In this document: one piece after another, positions 1 through 11,988 of the stretch | How positions within the stretch are numbered: position 1 is the first letter of the stretch | How the letters are laid out: each line of letters begins with the position of its first letter | Made by a program: the position numbers and the translations under genes | Assembly: GCA_001567275.1 (NCBI GenBank) | Contig: LNBX01000046.1 | Location: 129,769-193,768, forward strand | DNA from: Bacteroidetes bacterium OLB10 | GTDB taxonomy: Bacteria > Bacteroidota > Bacteroidia > AKYH767-A > OLB10 | DNA: 64,000 nucleotides | Direction: 5' to 3' | Notes under the pieces: model-generated | Seen by the model: only the letters and a program-made list of their open reading frames with translations | What the model was told of the DNA's origin: nothing | Database searches by the model: none

Positions 1-507
1 CACCAATCCGATAATGACATACATGGCAATTTCCTGCCACGATATTCCTACTTCTATCGGTCCTTTTATGTCGCGAATGGCTTTGGTTGTATCTACAGGA
101 ATAAGATTTACTGTAAGCAATTGAGCTTGCGTTTCTGCAAGATATGTTGCAGTGTCACCCGGTTTATGATAATTAAAACTAAAAGGAGTAATAACATAAA
201 AACCTGAGTCAAAAGCAGTGAGTGTAATTTTTTGCTCACGTGTGAGTATTTTTTGATCCGGACTTTTAAGGGTATCTATCGGGCCTTTATTTACAAAGTC
301 AATCCCGTTGAGCGTATCAGGAATAACCGGCCATTGCGACTGATAATTTGCAGGTATGCTGAACCGTAATTTCCCTGTTATTTGCTGACCCACTAAAATT
401 CTGTTGCTGTCTAATTCAAATACAGCATTGGCGTTTTGCGCATAAAGTGCAAACACACTGCAAATATTGAACAGAAAAATCAGCAGAATAAATTTAACCA
501 GCCTCAT
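1..507 (-). CDS. Bat-operon membrane/exported protein (gene between DUF58 and batA), runs off the window edge
   Basis: Not in the ORF track; translated by hand as MRLVKFILLIFLFNICSVFALYAQ...DTTKAIRDIKGPIEVGISWQEIAMYVIIGLV. It has a signal peptide, an Ig-like region and an I-x-D-I-K motif before a TM helix. Its ATG overlaps the DUF58 stop (ATGA), and it sits in MoxR-DUF58 context. Confidence 0.75.
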   Translation of the reverse strand, partial: MRLVKFILLIFLFNICSVFALYAQNANAVFELDSNRILVGQQITGKLRFSIPANYQSQWPVIPDTLNGIDFVNKGPIDTLKSPDQKILTREQKITLTAFDSGFYVITPFSFNYHKPGDTATYLAETQAQLLTVNLIPVDTTKAIRDIKGPIEVGISWQEIAMYVIIGLV

Positions 508-1404
508 TTTTTCTCTCGTTTTTTAAATAGTTTCATCAAAGGCTGAATATAATTTTCACCTGTGTATAAATCTGTTTTATCCACTCCACTTCTGCTGAAT
601 ATGGTGTTCAAGCGCAAATCATGTAATTGTCTTTGTTGTTTAAAATTTTTACGGACAGTTGCATCAGATGTGTCCACAATCATTTCACGTCCGCTTTCTG
701 CATTTTTCACTCTTACCAAACCTATGTCAGGAAGTTCAGTTTCTCTTCTGTCGTTAATTTTCAATGCTACCAAATCATGTTTTCTGCTGGTAATTTTAAG
801 TGCTTCTTCAAAAGGGCTTTTGGTAGATGTGCCGGTAAAGGATGTATCATAGAAGTCGGAAACAATAAATGCAATACTTCTTTTCTTAATCACATTGCTC
901 AGATATTGAAGACCTGTGGCAAGTGATGTTCCTTTTGACTCAGGTTGAAATTTAATCAGCTCACGGATTATACGCAAAATGTGCGAGCGACCTTTTTGCG
1001 GAGGTATAAATTTTTCAATTTTATCACTGAACAAAATCAATCCTGTTTTATCATTATTCTGAATGGCAGAAAACGAAAGTACTGCACATACTTCAGTAAT
1101 CAGTTCTCTTTTAAATTGTTTGTTTGTCCCGAAATTTCCTGAAGCACTGATGTCAACCAACAGCATAACGGTAAGCTCACGTTCTTCTTCAAACACTTTT
1201 ACATAAGGATGGTTGAGCCGTGCAGTCACGTTCCAGTCAATCGCTCTGATGTCATCACCCGGAATGTATTCTCTCACCTCGCTGAATGCCATACCACGAC
1301 CTTTAAAAGCAGAATGATATTCACCTGAGAAAATCTGACTTGATAATCCCCGTGTTTTGATTTCAATCTTCCGTACTTTTTTTTAGCAGATCTGTTGTTT
1401 CCAA
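504..1404 (-). CDS. DUF58 (vWA-like) protein of the MoxR/bat locus; 1-nt frameshift near the 5' end
   Basis: FSEVREYIPGDDIRAIDWNVTAR motif. Removing one base from the T8 run at 1377-1384 restores (TTG)METTDLLKKVRKIEIKTRGLSSQIFSGEYHSAFKGRGMAF. Confidence 0.9.
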
Positions 1405-1462
1405 GATTTATTTTACTGTTTAAGTGAAAGTAACAGTTTTAGCAAATAGAAAAATTTCCCTG

Positions 1463-2449
1463 TTAAGGTACTTCAACTACATTCAGTACTTCGTTAATCA
1501 CCATATCGGTAGTGTAATTTTCTGCTTCAGCTTCGTAGGTAAGCCCTATGCGGTGACGCATTACGTCATGGCAAACTGCGCGTACATCTTCGGGAATTAC
1601 ATAACCTCTGCGTTTGATAAATGCATAAGCTTTGGCAGCGAGTGCAAGGTTGATACTTGCACGTGGCGACCCACCGTAATTTATCAACTGTGCTATTTTA
1701 TCAAGTTTGTTATCCTTTGGAAAACGGGTTGCAAAAACTATATCAACAATATATTTCTCGATTTTCTCGTCCATATATATTTCTTTCACCAGCTGACGTG
1801 CTTTCAGAATATCAGCAGTGCGCACAATAGGAGCAATGGTAGTTTTGTCCTGCGTCAGATTCTGACGAATGATTAATTTTTCTTCGTCTTTGGTAGGATA
1901 CCCTATTACTACCTTAAGCATAAAACGGTCGAGCTGTGCTTCTGGTAAAGGATAGGTTCCTTCCTGCTCAATGGGGTTTTGCGTAGCAAGTACAAGAAAA
2001 GGCTCTTCGAGTTTAAATGTTTCGTCACCTATGGTTACTTGTTTTTCCTGCATGGATTCAAGCAATGCACTTTGAACTTTTGCAGGTGCACGGTTAATTT
2101 CGTCTGCAAGAATAAAATTTGCAAAAATGGGTCCCTTTCGAACTGCAAATTCTTCTTTCTTCTGATTATAAATTAATGTTCCAATTAAATCGGCTGGCAA
2201 CAAATCGGGAGTAAACTGAATACGGCTGAATCGTGCATCTATTGCCGATGCAAGAGATTTTATGGCTAAAGTTTTTGCCAGACCCGGAACTCCTTCAAGC
2301 AGCAAATGCCCATTGGACAACAAACCTATCAGCAGTCGTTCTACCATATATTTTTGTCCTACAATAACCTTGCTTAGTTCTAACTGAAGCAGTTCGATAA
2401 ATTCGCTTTCGCGCTGAATCTTTTCGTTTATTTCTCTAATGTCAAACAT
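1463..2449 (-). CDS. moxR: MoxR-family AAA+ ATPase
   Basis: LEGVPGLAKT Walker A, RIQFTPDLLPAD, LADEINRAPAKVQSALLE, ATQNPIEQEGTYPLPEAQLDRF. Confidence 0.95.
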   Translation of the reverse strand: MFDIREINEKIQRESEFIELLQLELSKVIVGQKYMVERLLIGLLSNGHLLLEGVPGLAKTLAIKSLASAIDARFSRIQFTPDLLPADLIGTLIYNQKKEEFAVRKGPIFANFILADEINRAPAKVQSALLESMQEKQVTIGDETFKLEEPFLVLATQNPIEQEGTYPLPEAQLDRFMLKVVIGYPTKDEEKLIIRQNLTQDKTTIAPIVRTADILKARQLVKEIYMDEKIEKYIVDIVFATRFPKDNKLDKIAQLINYGGSPRASINLALAAKAYAFIKRRGYVIPEDVRAVCHDVMRHRIGLTYEAEAENYTTDMVINEVLNVVEVP

Positions 2450-2541
2450 GTTTTTTAATATGTTTTAAGCGATGCAAGTTTATAATATTAGCTGTGAATG
2501 GATGGTGAAATAGTGTGTTAATTTATGTTAAGTGGCCGCTG

Positions 2542-2549
2542 CAAATATA
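2542..2549 (-). promoter_or_regulatory. Bacteroidota -7 promoter box (TATATTTG) for moxR-DUF58-bat
   Basis: Matches TAnnTTTG about 90 nt upstream of the moxR start. Confidence 0.5.
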
Positions 2550-2587
2550 ACATTATGGGATGATGTTAAATCTTATTTTTGGAGCGT

Positions 2588-3364
2588 ATGCAAAGGTATT
2601 TTTTAGAGTTGTTTTTTAAAGGAACCCATTACAGTGGATGGCAGATTCAGAAGAATGCTGTTTCTGTTCAGCAGAAGTTGAATGAGGCAATTAATACTCT
2701 GCTACCCGCCAACAACAATATAGAAACAACAGGGTGTGGCCGCACTGATGCAGGTGTGCATGCTACCCAGTTTTTTGCACATTTCGATTCTCCGGAAATT
2801 ATTTCCGACAGTGAAAGTTTTATTTATCATCTGAATGGGATTTTACCTGCTGATATTACTGCTGTTCATCTACATAAAGTAGCTCAGGAGGCTCATGCCC
2901 GTTTTGACGCTGTTAAACGCACCTATCATTATTACATCCATTCACAGAAGAATGGTTTTCTTTCAGAGTATTCAGCATGTTATTTCAAAAAACCTGATAT
3001 TGCACTTATGCAGCAGGTAAGCGATTTGCTCCCTGAATATTCTGACTTCAACAGTTTTTGCAAATCAAGAGCGCAGTCGCGAACTACTTTGTGTAAAATT
3101 TATCATGCAAAATGGAAAGAGAAAAACGGATTTCTGATTTTTGAAATTACTGCCGATCGTTTTCTTCGTGGTATGGTGAGAGCACTGGTAGGAACAATGG
3201 CAGATGCAGGCCAGCAAAAAATAAGTGTGGATGATTTTAAGAATATCCTTGACGCAAAAGACAGAAGAAAAGCCGGCCATGCTGCTCCTGCCTGCGGACT
3301 TTATCTTTCAAAAATTGAATATCCTTATTTAGCAACTAAGAATCACTTCAACTTTCCATTTTAA
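2588..3364 (+). CDS. truA: tRNA pseudouridine(38-40) synthase TruA
   Basis: GTHYSGWQIQ, GCGRTDAGVHA with the catalytic Asp, HARFDA, FLRGMVRALVG. ATG at 2588 is preferred over TTG at 2579. Confidence 0.95.
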   Translation: MQRYFLELFFKGTHYSGWQIQKNAVSVQQKLNEAINTLLPANNNIETTGCGRTDAGVHATQFFAHFDSPEIISDSESFIYHLNGILPADITAVHLHKVAQEAHARFDAVKRTYHYYIHSQKNGFLSEYSACYFKKPDIALMQQVSDLLPEYSDFNSFCKSRAQSRTTLCKIYHAKWKEKNGFLIFEITADRFLRGMVRALVGTMADAGQQKISVDDFKNILDAKDRRKAGHAAPACGLYLSKIEYPYLATKNHFNFPF

Positions 3365-3412
3365 AAAAATAACATGACAACCTCAACTGTTGGAGTTCAG
3401 CTGAGTATATGT

Positions 3413-6400
3413 TTACATTTTTATAATTCGTTGGGTAAATATTCTGTTGTCATCTTCCACTCTGATAAAATATATACCTGACCTTAGTCCAAGGTCGTTC
3501 AGGCTGATAATATCACTTGAAGTGTTTTCATGACATATATGTTCTATCAGCAATTTACCATGCATATCAAAAAGTCTTATAACACTTTTTTCGCCATTTA
3601 AATTGCGAATGGTAAGAATATCTTTTACAGGATTCGGACTAACAGTAATACTCAGAATATGGTCATCACTTCTTTCAACAGTTACAATCGGTGAAATATT
3701 CTGACTATTGTCGAAGTCAACCTGTTTGAGGCGATAATAAACGATATGTTCACTGACGGGTTCAAAATCTTTGAAGCGATACACATTCGGCACATTGCTG
3801 TTACCTTTGCCATCTACAAAGCCTATGGAACTGAATTGCATGTCAGACAAAGCTCTTTCAATATAAAAACCTTTGTTGTTATGCTCTGATGCAGTTTTCC
3901 ATGTGAGCAGATTATATTTTTCGAATGCTTTGCCGCTGAGATAAACTAAAGTAACCGGCAATGGACTGTTAGGTGGTGCTAAAATTTCAAAATCATCAAC
4001 TGCTGCTCCCGCATAATTTACAGACTGATCAGATTTGAACCTTATTCTGAATGCAACATTTGAATTACCTGCAAGAAATGATACATCATACTGGCAAAGC
4101 GTAAAACTGCTTTTGTTGACATTAAAATATGCTTCGTTCAGAGGGAATGAAGTGTTTGATACAGTATTAGCAAAATCATACCAGTTGGGAGAAGTCACCA
4201 AACTCAGTGGCACCCAGGTGTCACCTTTGTCGAGTGAATATTCCACACGCATACCATCATAACTGCTTTCAAAAACATTTTTGCGATAAAATTTCAAAGT
4301 GTAAGTGCCTGCTGCCGAAAAATTATAATTAGGTGTCATCAATCTTGCATCACTGTTGTCGGCATAGGTTGTTGCAGTGAGTCCTGTTACCCATGCATTA
4401 CTTCCGCTAAGTGTTCCGTTTTTTCCGGCAATAGCTGAGTTGCCTCTTTGCCAGGGTGTACCTCCGGCTTCTTCGCAACCAAAGTCATACGGATTGATGT
4501 CGAAATTTCCTCCTGCAATAATTGTATATGGTGTACCTCTGTTTGGTAATATTTGTATGTAGGAAGTTTTAGTTTCTACAAGTCCGGCACTGTTATTAAT
4601 TTTTAACGATACGGTATAAACTCCGGGCGTAGTATAAGTTTTAGTTGGGTTTTTAACATTAGAATTTGTAGCATCACCAAAATCCCAATCCCACGATACT
4701 GCTTTAAAAGAAGCATCAGTAAATTTTATAGGTTTATTGACATAAGTAATTTTTTTATCGGCAACAAATTCCGGATGCGGGTCAGCAAATACATCTGTAG
4801 AGTAAAGACCCCGCCCATGAGTAGCTGCAATTACTACTTTGTCTGAAGCACGCAATTGCAACATCTGAGTACTCACATTGGCAAGACCATTATTGGAAGG
4901 ACCCCACACGGTAGCAGCACCGTTCAGCAAGTCAGTAGTCCACACACCAAGTTCTGTTGCAAGCATTGCCTGCGTGTTATCATTTGGATTAAACAATGCC
5001 CATCGAATTGGCATATCAGGAAGATTTCCTTCTACGCTTTGCCAGGTTGTTCCTCCGTCTTTTGTTTCCCAAACACTGTTTACTCCGTAGTTGGAATAAG
5101 TTACCAGCAAATGATTATCGTCTCCTGTTTCAACTTCTATGCAGGAAATACTTCCTGTAGGCATACCTGCACTGGAATTAATCTGCACTCCGGCCGAACC
5201 TGATGGCACTGTGTTAGCATTATCCACTCTCACTACTCTTCCACTTCCTACGCCCATAAAAACTCTGTTGGGAGTGTTAGGCGAAACAGTAATTGCACGG
5301 ATGGTTCCAGTTAGTCCGGGTGACAACGCTACCGTTTGAAAAGTTGCTCCGGTTGTTGCATTAATCCAACGCACATAGGTACCACTGGATGAATAAGCAT
5401 ACATGATATTGGCTGCATTATCATAGTCAGAAGGATTTACAAAAGAACCTCCGCTTGTGCCAACACCGGTAAATGATGCACCTCCGTTGGTAGAACGGTA
5501 AAAGTTATTATATACATAGGAGGTAAACTGATATTGCGGTTGATCCTGATCAATATGTGTAAAGCATCCATCTCCTCCGGTTACTTCTACTGTTGCATTG
5601 ATACCTCCTGAATTATACTGATGTGAGCCATTGTCCTGTGCTCCCGCTAAAAAATAATTGGTATAAGCAGTAGGATGAATAGCACAGGCATAGAACTGAG
5701 TTACGTTATAATTATCGCTCTTAAATTGTATTACAGGTGATGCAGCTGCTGCATTACTACTTCGGTAAACTCCTCCATCATTTCCAAAATAGATAACATT
5801 GGAATTTCCGGGTTCGTAAATGGCTATATGCTGATCGGCATGTGCATACTGATAACCGAAACCACCATACCAGTGTGCAACCTGTTGCCATGTATTTCCA
5901 CCGTCTGATGATTTAAACAAATCCACTCCACCTACATAAAGCGTATTGCTGTTGTTGGGGTCAACGGCAATACTCATGTCATACCAGTATTGAGTCCTTG
6001 TAATATCATTTCCTATACCTCCATCAGCATCTACCGGTTTAGGAAGCAAAGTCCAGTTAGCACCTTCATTGGTTGTGCGATAAAAATTTACACCTCCACC
6101 TTCAGCAACAAATGCATAGCAGACCTGTGAATTGGAAGGCGCCAGTGCAAAATCAATTCGCGAAGCTCCAGTAGCAGGGAAACCATTTGTTCCTGTATTC
6201 ATTTTCACCCATGTACCTGCATTGCCATTTGACGAACGGTAAATTTCACCATTGGTGCGTGTGCTTGCCCAAACAGAATTATTGGTAGAAACTTCTACAT
6301 CACTGATGTTATTGGTTGCTGCTCCTACACCTGCACCAAGTACTTTAGTCCAGGTGGCACCATTATCCTGAGAGCGAAACAAACCGCTGTTGGTAGCTGC

Positions 6401-7113
6401 ATATACATCACCGTTTGTATGTACAACCATTCGGTTTACGTAGTAAAAATTAGCATTGTTTGTTGATGCAAGTTGAGCCCAGTTGGTTCCACCGTCAATA
6501 GATTGCCAGATACCTAAACCTCTGATCGCATCGGCATTGCTGTAGCCTTCGCCTGTACCGAAATACATGATTTGAGTGTTGGCCGGATTGCTGCAAATGG
6601 TAGTAACAGCAAGATTCGCCATTAAATCATTTACCGGTGTCCACAACGGACTGGGTGCAGTGATATCAATCGTTTTCCACAAGCCTCCGCCAACACCTCC
6701 TGCCCATACAGTTTTTTTGAAACATCATTCGGGTCAATCATAATTGCCCGTGTGCGTCCTCCGCAATTACTCGGGCCTCTCTCTGTCCAGTTTACTCCGG
6801 GCAATGCGCCCATCATGCGATTTGCTGATTGCTGTTGCTGCAAAGCTTCCATGTATCTCATGCCTGAAAGTAATCTTTCTCTTGGTACAGTGCCGGTAGC
6901 AGGGTCCATGGTTCGTTCTGTTTCCTGCTGGTAGTACATATCCATTCTGTCGCGTTTGGGAACTCTTCCTTTTTTCTTTCTTTTATAAACATCTTCAAAA
7001 TGATCGCTGTACAGTTTTTTATAATGCACAATGGTATCCTCAGGCACTACATAATAGGCAACTGCAAGCAGAATAAAAACACTCAGAATACTTAAAGTAA
7101 TTTTCTTAATCAT
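3413..7113 (-). CDS. T9SS type A cargo: BNR/Asp-box beta-propeller (glycosyl-hydrolase-like) + PKD + beta-sandwich + CTD; 1-nt frameshift
   Basis: ORFs 6631..7113 and 3413..6682 join by adding one base in the T7 run at 6712-6718 (WTERGPSNCGGRTRAIMIDPNDVSKKTVWAGGVGGGLWK). Repeated S-x-D-G-G-x-T-W boxes, WDFGD PKD motif, PLPVTL...SEHNNKGF...YYRLKQVDFD, and a SPNPV...GIYFI CTD. Confidence 0.85.
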
Positions 7114-7326
7114 TCAGAATGACAGAATGTTGCTGTAAATGATACAAGGTGTAAATTTAATATAAGGGATTCAGAATTCAAATGATAAAGTTATGAAAGT
7201 TTAAAATGGTATAACTTTTATTAAACTCTTTATTTTTTATACAAGATTAAATACTTTTTCAAACGCATAAATAGGCTTAAAACCAAAATATAAATCAATA
7301 ATTCCCGGCATTGATATGGTTTGTTT

Positions 7327-8073
7327 TTAAGATTTGAGTGAATTCAAAAAAGTATGTATTTTTTTTGAGTTGTTATCAGGAGCATCCGTATTGTTTATTT
7401 CAAGAACCTTTACACCTGTTTCTGCAAGCATTTTCATATAATCAGCATATTCACGTAGAGCAGTATGTTGTAGGGCAACTAATTCATCAAACGATTTATT
7501 TTTATGCTGTGGTAATATCCTGTTGGTTTCTTGCTCACGTTTCAGAATTTGTTTTGCAACTCTTTCCGCAGAAGAGTTGCAAAAGATTACTGCTCTGTTT
7601 TTAAAATTGTCACTATGAAGTTCGTTGCGGTTATGCATTAACTGTCTTATTTCTCTTCCGAAATTGTGCAGCAATCCTTCATCTGAAACAACAATATACT
7701 CTTTATTTAAAGTATGTACTTTATAATCCGAAAGGAGGGTTTTATAAAAATAACTCAGTACCCGCAATTTATCCGCACCGGCATAATCGTAATGAGTTAC
7801 TGAATTTAACTTCTGAGCAGCTAATTCATGATAAAAAACACTGTCATCAGAAATATATTTTGGCTCTTTTTTCAGAGTAAGAAAAAAATCTCCTGTGTTT
7901 ATCCATTTATCTCTGATATTACATTGCTTATAAAGACTAGTTTTTCCAACACCGGGGACTCCTGTAAATTCTACATTAAACGGTTTTAATGTTTTTGCGT
8001 AATTCTTTCCGGGTTTTACTCTCTTTACTTCAACTCCCAGCTGACTAAATAATTTTGAAAAAAGTGTTTGCAT
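7327..8073 (-). CDS. Hypothetical P-loop NTPase (nucleoside/thymidylate-kinase-like fold)
   Basis: VEFTGVPGVGKTSL Walker A and IVVSDEG Walker-B-like motif; 248 aa; AT-rich and stand-alone. Confidence 0.6.
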   Translation of the reverse strand: MQTLFSKLFSQLGVEVKRVKPGKNYAKTLKPFNVEFTGVPGVGKTSLYKQCNIRDKWINTGDFFLTLKKEPKYISDDSVFYHELAAQKLNSVTHYDYAGADKLRVLSYFYKTLLSDYKVHTLNKEYIVVSDEGLLHNFGREIRQLMHNRNELHSDNFKNRAVIFCNSSAERVAKQILKREQETNRILPQHKNKSFDELVALQHTALREYADYMKMLAETGVKVLEINNTDAPDNNSKKIHTFLNSLKS

Positions 8074-8322
8074 ATTTCAGTGTTAAATTTAAAAGTTGAA
8101 CATTGTAAATGTTGTCATTCAATTCAAATTTAATAAGCGTTGTTTGATAATGGTATTTTAATTCTTTATTAAATCAAAATTCAGGAAGACTATTTGAAGC
8201 AGAGGCTGCATGAATCTTATTACTTTCCGGTCAAATAGCTTAATAAAATAAAGGTTCAAAATTATACAATTTATTAAGGGTAATATGAGATAATTGGGCT
8301 TGCCGGTAAATCTTTGTAAAAT

Positions 8323-8350
8323 AAAAAAGCTGCCTTAACCGACAGCTTTT
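8323..8350 (-). terminator. Intrinsic terminator of atpD-atpC
   Basis: On the minus strand AAAAGCTGTC-loop-GGCAGCTTTTTT, about 20 nt after the atpC stop. Confidence 0.7.
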
Positions 8351-8372
8351 AATTAGGGCAATACTTTTGCAA

Positions 8373-8612
8373 TTAAACTGACTCTGCCAGTACAACCACT
8401 TTATTTTTCATCATTTCCACAACACCACCTTTTACATTAAATTCAAGTGTTTCCTTAGCGGTTTTTACTTTCACTTTTCCTTTTCCCAATGTAGATATAA
8501 TAGGTGCGTGGTTGTTCAGCATCTGAAATTTTCCGTCAGCGCCCGGTACTGAAACCGAATTAACTTCGCCAGAGAAAACCGTTTTGCCGGGAGTAATTAT
8601 TTCTAAAAACAT
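8373..8612 (-). CDS. atpC: ATP synthase F1 epsilon subunit (short form, beta-sandwich only)
   Basis: LEIITPGKTVFSGEV..VPGADGKFQMLNNHAPIISTL; directly follows atpD. Confidence 0.93.
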   Translation of the reverse strand: MFLEIITPGKTVFSGEVNSVSVPGADGKFQMLNNHAPIISTLGKGKVKVKTAKETLEFNVKGGVVEMMKNKVVVLAESV

Positions 8613-8630
8613 ATTGCTGTTCGATTTTTA

Positions 8631-10145
<1,515 letters not shown>

Positions 10146-10264
10146 TTACTTTTTTATTTAGCTTAAACCTTATTTTTCAAGGCGCGAAATTAGTAAAAAT
10201 CAGCTACTAAATTTCAAAGCAACAAGAATGTTGTCAACAATTTGTAAATTAGTCGTTTAACATT

Positions 10265-10298
10265 AAAAAAGGCGCTATGAAAGTGAGTCATAGCGCCT
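10265..10298 (-). terminator. Intrinsic terminator after the sigma factor gene
   Basis: 10-bp perfect stem GGCGCTATGA/TCATAGCGCC followed by T6 on the minus strand. Confidence 0.8.
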
Positions 10299-10327
10299 CA
10301 GGGGCTTATTACCGATTAGTTTGGCTT

Positions 10328-11200
10328 TCAGGTCAGCACAAATGTGTTTTCAATTTGCTCAAGGTGTTTACTTTCTTTAGTTTTTTTAATAGCCTTGTCT
10401 TTCATCTGACGGACACGCTCGCGTGATATTTCCAGGTGATCGGCAATTTGCTCTACAGAATAATCGCTTTCGTGTTCAATGCCATAATACATCTTTACTA
10501 CCTGACGCTCGCGAGGTCGCAGAACGGTTAAGGTTTGTTGTATATCGTGTTTTACAGATTCACGCTCCAGGCTATTGTCGGCAGGGAGTGCCGTGTAATC
10601 CGGTATAAACTCATAAAGCGATGATGCGTCATCTTCAGAGCCAACAGGCATATCAAATGAGATTGGTGATACATTCAGGCGGATGGCTTCTTTAATAGCC
10701 TGCTCTGAAAGTTGAGTAGCCTCAGTAAGTTCTTTGTCATTCATTTCACGGCCATACTTTTGTTCAAATGCCGATTGCATTCTTTTGATTTTTGAATACT
10801 GGGTAACCTGATTAAAAGGTACGCGAATGAGTCTCACTTTTTCAATTAATGCAAGCATAATAGACTGGCGAATCCACCAAACGGCATACGAGATAAATTT
10901 AAATCCTTTGGTGGCATCAAATTTTTGTGCTGCCTTAATCAGACCGATGTTTCCTTCATTAATCAAATCAGATAAGTTCATTCCCTGATTCTGATATTGC
11001 TTGGCCACACTTACAACAAAGCGCAGGTTGGCTTTTACAAGTCTTTCCATGGCTGCTTTGTCGCCTTTCTTAATTCGTGATGCCAATTGCTCTTCTTCTG
11101 CAGGAGTGAGCAATTGTTCCGAGGCAATTTCATTGAGATAACGTTTCAGGCATTCGCTTTCACGCAGTGTGATGGAGTTGGTAATTCTCAGCTGTCTCAT
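10328..11200 (-). CDS. RpoD/SigA-family sigma-70 factor (short Bacteroidota type), probably a diverged second copy
   Basis: MRQLRITNSITLRES, ANLRFVVSVAKQYQNQG, DLINEGNIGLIKAA, GFKFISYAVWWIRQSI, SRERVRQ. Removing one base from the T7 run at 10381-10387 gives the family-like end AIKKLKKVNTLSKLKTHLC* (stop at 10333). Confidence 0.9.
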   Translation of the reverse strand: MRQLRITNSITLRESECLKRYLNEIASEQLLTPAEEEQLASRIKKGDKAAMERLVKANLRFVVSVAKQYQNQGMNLSDLINEGNIGLIKAAQKFDATKGFKFISYAVWWIRQSIMLALIEKVRLIRVPFNQVTQYSKIKRMQSAFEQKYGREMNDKELTEATQLSEQAIKEAIRLNVSPISFDMPVGSEDDASSLYEFIPDYTALPADNSLERESVKHDIQQTLTVLRPRERQVVKMYYGIEHESDYSVEQIADHLEISRERVRQMKDKAIKKTKESKHLEQIENTFVLT

Positions 11201-11254
11201 AGCTGTAAGATTTTTAGAAAATGTGTTATACTTTTTTGATGTCTTGAGATATTT

Positions 11255-11270
11255 TGCAACAATCTTGCCA
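11255..11270 (-). promoter_or_regulatory. Sigma-54 (RpoN) -24/-12 promoter upstream of the sigma-70 gene
   Basis: Minus strand reads TTTT-TGGCAAGATTGTTGCA, i.e. TGGC..TTGCA with exact GG-N10-GC spacing, 55 nt upstream of the ATG and in sense orientation. Confidence 0.7.
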
Positions 11271-11539
11271 AAAAATTCATCGTAAACACATTTGACGCGT
11301 TATGAACGCTTTGTAAGGTTTTTACAAAAACAGATTGAAAAGCATAGATTCATCTTTGATTGTTGTTGGGCGATGACTTTATAATTTTTCATTTATATTA
11401 ACGGAATCGTTTATCAGCAATATAATTTAGGGTTGAACATTTATTCGTTTCACCCAATTTTTATGAGATCATCAGCACATCTGTAACAGGTTTTACGTTA
11501 TATTTTCTTTGTAATTTTACCCTCATCAGAAAATTGTAT

Positions 11540-11977
11540 ATGATTAAAAAAAATTTTGTGGTTGCCTGTTGTAGCAGTTTGCATGTCGGGTTGCGTTTCA
11601 CTCAAAATGCCTGAAGTAACAGGCGTGAGTAATTTGCGCCTTACCGATCTTTCAAAAGATATGAGCATTCAGTTTGACCTTGGATTGAAAAATCCAAATT
11701 CTTTTGGCGTAACTTTAAAGTCAATGAAAACTGAAATTTTGCTTGCCGATAGTGTAGTAGCTTCAGTCGGACTCAGACATAAACAGCGACTTGCAGCAGG
11801 GCAAAAACACAACTCCCTTTTACGGTGAAACCTGATGTATTGTCCATGCCCAAACTTGGATGGCTTGGAATAACACAATTATTTAAGAAAGACGATAAGA
11901 AGTTTGCCGTTAAAGGGGAGATCAAAGTCAGGAAGTTTATTTTTTCCAAGAAATATAAATTCTCCTATCCTAAATAA
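11540..11977 (+). CDS. LEA type 2 (WHy-domain) lipoprotein; two homopolymer frameshifts
   Basis: Correcting A8 (11546-11553) gives MIKKILWLPVVAVCMSG-C with a lipobox, followed by LGLKNPNSFGVTL (NPN motif). Correcting A5 (about 11803-11807) continues TQLPFTVKPD...VKGEIKVRKFIFSKKYKFSYPK*. Confidence 0.7.
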
Positions 11978-11988
11978 AAGTTCATATT

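Noticed and set aside
8356-8371. Second GG-N10-GC sigma-54-like motif (GGGCAATACTTTTGCA)
   Set aside because: It lacks TGGC, points antisense into atpC and has no downstream gene; likely chance.
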